A program made the translations under genes and the position numbers. DNA of 64,000 nucleotides. Source: Octopus vulgaris. Taxonomy: Eukaryota. The DNA lies in the NCBI GenBank assembly GCA_951406725.2, contig OX597823.1, positions 86,304,001-86,368,000 of the forward strand. The letters are read 5' to 3'. This document shows, piece after piece, positions 56,551 to 64,000 of the stretch (positions within the stretch are counted from its first letter, which is position 1; each line of letters begins with the position of its first letter). Under the pieces are notes generated by a model. That model ran no database searches. It saw nothing but the letters and a program-made list of their open reading frames with translations, and was not told where the DNA came from.

Positions 56551-57464
56551 TGAAGTAGGCACCAGCAACAATAATAGCCAAAATAATAACAGGACATCAA
56601 CAACAATGAAAATAATACAAGAACATCAACAAAACCAATTCCATATAAAATCAAGGCCTAGAGGGTATAACTGATACAGTCGAAACCAAAGACCAAGTTT
56701 TCGTTTCATAAATGAATATGTCTGACTATAATGGTGAAAATTGGCAAAAACGTATTTGCCATTAGAGTCTCACTAGAATATTTAGCAGGTATGAATAACA
56801 ATGGTTTGATATGTTATGCAAATATAATTAAACTGGTTAACCTTCAGTCTGATGGAAACAAATATCTGTGCATGGGAAATATTTGATAATAATCTAACTC
56901 ATATAACAATGGCTGTTTGACTATTTCGGTAACAGATTTATACGTTGAATAAAAAAAAAAAAAAGGAAAAGTATTTTTTTTTATTTGCATTTCATTTTCT
57001 CGATTGTTATTTATAGGTAAATATCATTAAAGCAAACACAAAGAGAGGCTAAGTAAATAAAGATCGGGGCAACAATGGCGAGAATAAAAAGAATTGCATA
57101 TAAAAAATTGTAGAATAATATGAATACAAATTGGGAATATTATGTTTTATGATGTATTTTATTTTGAAATAATTATTATTGTTGTCGCTATTGTTGCAGT
57201 TGTTGTTGTTAAGGTAGTGAGCTTGTTGAATCGTTAGCACGCTGGACAACGTGCTGTTTGGCGGCATTTCGTTCTCTTTTACGCTAAACGATTCAAATTC
57301 CGCTGAGGTTGATATAACATTACATTCTATTCAGGTTGGGTGAAATATGTACCAGTCAAACACTGAGGTAGATGTAATCGACTATGGCCCTACCCCACAA
57401 AATTCCACACCTTGTGCCTATAGCATAGCAGAAAGTATCATCATCATCATCATTATTATTATAA

Positions 57465-58020
57465 TTGAGTGAGAGAGCAGTGCAATGCCATCAAAGTGAC
57501 ACCGGGGTAAGATATACGAAGCCCAATATACCCATCATGACTACCCGTCTGATAAGGGTACACCAGGCACATGCATCACAACCATATATGCGCGACAGGT
57601 GATCTCATATCAAAATAAACAGCACATGACCTTGCAGGTGGGACCCAGTTAGAATTTTCTTCTGGTCGAGTAACCCATCCCGCTCAAAAGGTCCCTGAAT
57701 AAGGGTTGTTTAAAGATGTTGAACGAAATACCCATGTTTCCAGAGGTGAATTATTCAAACCCCAAAGAATCCCTCTCAACACATGGCTATGATGCTTCTC
57801 CACTACTTCTGCTTGTGATCAGAGATGCACATATCATCAGCCACTAAGGGACATGCTCAACTGGTTACGGTCAAACAACTGACAAGCAAATCTGTGGTAT
57901 TGAACAGAATATTTGCTGTAGCCCATCTTTTATACCAAGACAAAACAATGTACATGATAACACTTCCAATCAGTTAAGTTCAGACGCTATGAGAGCCACT
58001 GCCTGGTACTGCATCAGGGC

Positions 58021-58063
<43 letters not shown>

Positions 58064-58594
58064 ATTGAGTGAGAGAGCAGTGCAATGCCATCAAAGTGAC
58101 ACCGGGGTAAAATATACGAAGCCCAGTATACCCATCATGACTACCCGTCTGATAAGGGTACACCAGGCACATGCATCACAACCATATATGTGCGACATGG
58201 TGATCTCATATCAAAATAAACAGCACATGACCTTGCAGGTGGGACCCAGTTAGAATTTTCTTCTAGTCGAGTAACCCATCCCGCTCAAAAGGTCCCTGAA
58301 TAAGGCTTGTTTAAAGATGCTGAACGAAATACCCATGTTTCTAGAGGTGAATTATTCAAACCCCAAAGAATCCCTCTCAACACATGGCTATGATGCTCCC
58401 CCACTACTTCTGCTTGTGATCAGAGATGCAAATATCATCAGCCACTAAGGGACATGCTCAACTGGTTAAGGTCAAACAACTGACAAGCAAATCTGTGGTA
58501 TTGAACAGAATATTTGCTGTAGCCCATCTTTTATACCAAGACAAAACAATGTACATGATAACACTTCCAATCAGTTAAGATCAGAAGCCATGAG
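57465..58594 (-). mobile_element. Two tandem copies of element E (57465-58023; 58065-58594) separated by (ATT)n
   Basis: 600-bp period; the copies are nearly identical; the second lacks ~28 nt of the 5' end. Confidence 0.88.
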
Positions 58595-58600
58595 ATTATA

Positions 58601-58663
<63 letters not shown>

Positions 58664-58680
58664 ATTATTATTATTATTAT

Positions 58681-58834
58681 TTATTGTCTTTGCACGGCTT
58701 CTATCGCTAAGGATGTAGTACGGTGCCAGATGTTCACTACCAGAGAACTAAGGTAACACCTCTTATTTTTCGAGCAACATCCGGAGTATTCAAACGGTTC
58801 TAAGTAGTGCTGTTTTCTGCAAGTGCTCCAATCT
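58681..58834 (-). mobile_element. 3' end of an R4/Dong-like (RLE) non-LTR retrotransposon
   Basis: Minus translation RLEHLQKTALLRTV*ILRMLLEK* resembles the QKTALLGTARILR C-terminus of R4-clade elements. A short 3' UTR runs directly into (AAT)n. Confidence 0.72.
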
Positions 58835-59193
58835 ACTGTCCTTAGGGTTTAACTTTATTAATGAGGACTTCGAACTGGATGTTTTGTAGTATCTAGACCG
58901 GCGCTCTAATGTCTGTTACATTACCTTCTTTTGGCAGCGAGGTGGCTAAGTCGTTACAATGTTGGGAAAATGGCTTTTGGACATTTCGTTGTTTCTGTTC
59001 TGAACTCAACTTCTGCCAAGGTTGACATTGCCCGTCATTTCTCCGTGTTCGACAAAATAAAGTACCCGTGAAGCAATTGGGTTGATGTTATCGGTTAACT
59101 ATATTTACGCAAAATAGTTGGTCCTGTAGCCAAATTATCAAAATTTGGAACAGTGATTCTTCCCCCGCTTCTGTGCGTGTGTACGTGTGTACT

Positions 59194-59272
<79 letters not shown>

Positions 59273-60052
59273 TGATTTTTGTCTCTTTCAATAGAACACT
59301 TCTATAGCAGTCCTATTAATCTTTTTGTTCCAGACAAGAAACAATCACTGTATTATTGATATATATATATATCCATGGGCTCTTAGGAGCCTAGTTCGAT
59401 TTGTTTTTGCTCCGCCTCTGTTCTGTTTTTGTTTTTTCCAACGGATTTCCTATTTTCTTCCTGAAGAGAAAGACACAATATGGTCCCATTATTCAATCGG
59501 ATTTTGATAAATTGTGCCTTTCGAAACACGTGTAGAATGAAATAAAACGATTTCTGTTCAATCTGCGTTCAGCTCCATTTCTTCAATTCACCAATAATAT
59601 TTTAATTTCAATTATCCGCACCAACGCACGGTTGCAACACCATATGGTTGTACCTCCAACCGTGCTGTTTACTGCTGTGATTTTTGCTACTAAGGTATCG
59701 GTTAAACTTTTGATTAATCTACTACAAGATTATTCATCTTTCTATTTCACATATATATATATATATATATACATACATATGTGTGTGTATACATGGATAT
59801 CTATACACAGTCATACGTGTATTTATATACATGTGTAGGTGTGTGTGTGTATGTGTGCATCTGTCGCTCATATCGTAGCTTCCTGGGCTGTTTTACCTAA
59901 ATCTAGAGTACATTGTACTTGTTAAGACAATAGATCGTTAAAGAAATTTCTCCCTGGGGGGAAAACTGCAGGTTTAACTTTTCAACGATACGCCCTACGT
60001 TAAATATGTCTCACAGATAAAGAACATATATCGATAGACAGATAGATAGATA

Positions 60053-60451
60053 TTCTTTTCTACTCTAGGCATAAGGCCCGAAATTTTGGAGGAGGGGACC
60101 AGTCAATTAGATCGACCCCAATACACAACTGGTACTTAATTTATCGACCCCGAAAGGATGAAAAGCAAAATCGACCTAAGTGGAATTTGAACTCAGAATA
60201 TAAAGAAAGACGAAATACCTATTTCTTTACTACCCACAAGGGGCTAAACACAGAGAGTACAAACAAGGACAGACCAACGGATTAAGTCGATTAAATCGAC
60301 CCCAGTGTGTATCTTGTACTTAATTTATCGACCCCGAAAGGATAAAAGGCAAAGTCGACCTCGGCGGAATTTGAACTGAGAACGTAACAGCAGACGAAAT
60401 ACGGCTACGCATTTCGCCCAGCGTGCTAACGTTTCTGCCAGCTCGCCGCCT
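60053..60451 (-). mobile_element. SINE-A dimer followed by (AGAT)n (60452-60553)
   Basis: Two modules with B-box and central block; head ggcggcgagctggcagaaacg. Confidence 0.87.
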
Positions 60452-60543
<92 letters not shown>

Positions 60544-61179
60544 GTAGGTAGATACTGCCTTCCATTGTGTCCCTTGTTTTTATAAGACGGTAGGGTTATA
60601 ATTTCTTGATTTCACTGCTATTTCTTGCAAACACACTGACTTATCTTTTGAATGTTGTATTCATTACTCAGCAAAATTTTCAGTTGATGTTTGCGCCTCT
60701 ATTTACTACAAAGCTCTCATGTATTTACTTAGATTTATCCTAGTCTTATTTACCTGATAACATATTATTTGCTGGAATCCGTTGATGAAATAAATACCTC
60801 AAATGAATTGTGTATCACGCCTTAACTATGCATCATTAAAAAAGAATTTACATACAAAAGGAATACTTGAAGAAGCTATTAACAGCCGTAAAAGAAAAAG
60901 AAGCGTTTGACCAAGCGTATTCCACTTCGTAAATAAAATAACTGCTGGGCAGTGACACAGAAAGTTCACATTGGCTTTTAATAATATTCTCTCCTCATCA
61001 TAAGAGACGTTAGGTAGGGTAAGTTGATGGAATCTAGACATTCTTTCACATATTAGCACAAAGTGAATGTGTGAGTGGAGTCGATCTGATAGACATACAC
61101 AAGTGTGCTATGTCTGGACTTTGTTTCCTCATAACATACAGAAATTTTGAATGATATTTAAGGAAATTTTCGGGTAAGA

Positions 61180-61970
61180 TGTTTGCTTACCAGCCACATG
61201 GTTCTGGGTTCAGTCACACTGCATGCCACTTTTGGCAAGTATCTTCTACTATAGCTTCGGGCCGACAAAAGCCTTCTGAGAGGATTTAGTTGACGGAAAC
61301 TGAAAGAAACCCGTCGTGTATATGTGTGTATGTGTGTGCGCGCGCGATTGTGTTTGTGCCTCCACCATTGCTTGACAACTGTTGTAGGCGTGTTTAGGTC
61401 TCCACAACCAGCAGTTCGGCAAAAGAGACGGATAGAATGAGTACCAGGCTTAAAGAAAAAGACAATGGGATCGATTCGTTCCTCAAAAATACTTCCATGT
61501 GGTGCGTCAGCATATCCGCAGTTTAATGACTGAAACAAATTTTAAAAAAAAAAGGAAAAAAGAAATATTTGCCACACAGTGTTATACCTTTCACATGGTC
61601 GTCAGCGTGGCCATGTGGTAAGAACCCCACCCCAGTCATTTGGTTCCAAGTTCAGTCCTATTCCGTGACATCTTGAGCAAGTGTCTTCTATCATAGTCCA
61701 AGTCTTCTGACGGAAATTGAAAGAGGTATATCGTATACATACATGTGTGTGTGTGTGTGTGTGTGGATATGTGTGCTTGTCTTCACCACCGCTGGCAATC
61801 AGTATTGGCTTGCTTACTTTTCCGTAACTTAGCGCTTAGGCAAATGCGAACGATAGAAAAAATACCAGACTTGAAAAGAAATAGAAACAATAAGTAGAGA
61901 TCGATACGTTCGACTAAAACCTTAAGACAGGCTCCAGCATGGCCGTAGTCCAATGACTGGAACAAGTAAA
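61180..61970 (+). mobile_element. Two diverged SINE-B copies (61180-61540; 61605-61970)
   Basis: Head, CORE-like and tail motifs. Confidence 0.75.
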
Positions 61971-61994
61971 AGCTATATAAAAGAAACTTGCATC

Positions 61995-62770
61995 ACAACC
62001 ACATGGTTCCGGGTTCAGTGCAACTGCGTGGTAGATTGGGCGAGTGTTTTCTACAATAGCATCGAACCGACCAAAGCTTTACGAGTGAATTTGGTAGACG
62101 GAAACTGAAAGAAGCCTGTCGTATATATTTATTGTTATATACAAGTCGGCGAGCTGGCAGAAACGTTAGGACGCCTGGCGAAATGCTTAGCGGTATTTCG
62201 TCTGCCGTTACGTTCTGAGTTCAAATTCCGCCGAGGTCGACTTTGCCTTTCATCCTTTCGGGATCGATTTAGAAAGTACCAGTCACGCACTGGGTTCGAT
62301 ATAATCGACTTAATCCGTTTGTCTGTCCTTGTTTGTCCTCTCTGTGTTTAGCCCCTTGTGGGTAGTAAAGAAATAGAAATAGGTATTTCGTCTGTCTTAA
62401 TGTTCTGAGCTCAAATTCTGCCGAGGTAGACTTTGCCTTTCATCCTTTCGGGATCGATATATTAAGTACCAGTTTCGTACTGTCGTCGATCTAATCGACT
62501 GCTTCGCTCCCTTAAAATTTCGGACCTTTTGCCTAGAGTAGAAAATAATAGTTATGTGTATAAATTTATGTGTGTCTTTGTGCCTGTGTTTGTCCTCCCA
62601 TTACCACTTGGCAAACAACGTTGGTGTATTTAGCCCCCGTAACTTAGCGGTTCGTCAAAAGAGAAACGATTGTAGTAGCATAACAAAAATAGTCCTGCGG
62701 CCGATTTGTTCAACTCAAACCCTTCGAAGCGGTGTTACAGCATGGCTTCAGTTGAATGAAGAGAGAGAAA
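61995..62770 (+). mobile_element. SINE-B split by a nested SINE-A dimer (62147-62548)
   Basis: The SINE-B 5' half ends at its internal (TA)n at ~62125 and the 3' half resumes at ~62555. Confidence 0.8.
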
Positions 62771-63084
62771 GAGAAGGAGTTGCTCACAGCTGGTGAACAG
62801 GACCAACCTGAAAGCTAAATAGCAACAACAATGATTATTATTATGGTTCTTATTGACGTTTTGTCTTTTAATTGTTGCATTCACTGGACCGTGACCATAC
62901 TGGGGCAACGCTCTGAAGGGTTTAGTCGAATATATCTAGCCCAGTTTTTATGTTTTTCTAAGCTTTCCCTTTTTGCAGAAAAACACTAGATTTTGAGGAT
63001 GCAAACAAACCAACATCGATTGGGTGGGGAATCACAATGACATACATACATATAAGTACACATATATACAAGCATGCAGGGATT

Positions 63085-63340
63085 TTTTTTTGTTGCACTC
63101 CGTCAGTTACGACGACGAGTGTTCCAGTTGGTCCGATCAACAGAAGAGCTTGCTCTTGAAATTAACGTGTAAGTGACTGAGCACTCCACAGACACTTAAT
63201 GTAGTTCTCCGGGAGATTCAGAGCGACACGGAATACAAGGCTGGCCCTTTGAATTACAGGTGCACCTTATTTTTGGCACCGAAGTAAAGTGGAGCAACGG
63301 GAAATAAAGTGTCTTGCTCAAGGACAAAACGCGCCACCAT
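63085..63340 (-). mobile_element. SINE-D-related element with a different tail
   Basis: Shares cttgagcaagacactttatttc.cgttgctcca with ~44700-44740. Its tail gttgatcggaccaactggaac.ctcgtcgtcgtaa also occurs at ~25120-25210 (plus). Confidence 0.7.
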
Positions 63341-63374
63341 GAGTTACCCTATACACTAAACGATGTGCCTTCAC

Positions 63375-63532
63375 GGATGAGTAACTGTGTGGTAAGTAGC
63401 TTGCATACCAACCACATGGTTCCGGTTCAGTACCACTGCATGGCATCTTGGGCAAGTGTCTTCTACTATTGCCTCGAGCCGACCAAATCATTGTGTGTGG
63501 ATTTGATAGCCGGAAACAGAAAGAAGCCCGTA

Positions 63533-63605
<73 letters not shown>

Positions 63606-63955
63606 TGTGTCTGTGTTTGTCCTCCCCCATCGCTTGACAACCGATGTTGGTGTATATATTCTCCCGTAACTTAGCGGTTCGGCAAAAGTGACCGATTGAA
63701 TAAGTACTGAGCATACAAAGAATAAGTGCTGGGGTTGATTTGGTCGACTAAAGGCGGTGCTCCAGCATGGCTGCAGTCAAATGACTGAAACAAATAAAAG
63801 AAAGCGACTAAAAGAATGCATACATACAAACATATGACAGGTTTTCACACAGTTTTCCGTCTACCAAATTCACTCACAAGGCATTGGTCGGAGCAGATGC
63901 CGCATAGTGGGACTGAAATAGGAATCGTGTGATCGGGAAACAAATTTCTTACCAC
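63375..63955. mobile_element. SINE-B full copy (plus, 63375-63810) and inverted 5' fragment (63835-63955)
   Basis: Family-diagnostic motifs. Confidence 0.82.
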
Positions 63956-64000
63956 AATCCATATTTTCTGGAAATATTTCAAAGTTTCATTACAGGCTAA

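Overview
AT-rich, microsatellite-saturated eukaryotic non-coding DNA (intergenic or intronic). The repeat repertoire (tRNA-derived SINEs, dense (AT)n/(AC)n/(AAT)n/(ATAC)n tracts) suggests an Octopus-like cephalopod, which is an inference only. No host gene can be called with confidence, and almost all listed ORFs are microsatellite or SINE artefacts. Real coding remnants are all transposon-derived: a 5'-truncated but uninterrupted CR1/L2-group LINE ORF2 (~37400-40187), a full-length frameshifted IR/DR Tc1 (DD34E) element (21348-22928), decayed mariners, RTE and R4/Dong-like LINE tails and Helitron derivatives. The most interesting layer is RNA structure. At least four unrelated repeat families carry minimal type-I hammerhead ribozyme motifs, several inside inverted (Penelope-pLTR-like) arrangements. 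These include a TSD-flanked, circularly permuted plus inverted 363-nt retrozyme-like unit (36414-37142) and a recurrent non-canonical CCGAUGA core. Also notable are a LINE/SINE shared 3' tail with a covarying stem-loop, and an ~560-bp non-coding element found only inside (AAT)n tracts next to a Dong-like tail.
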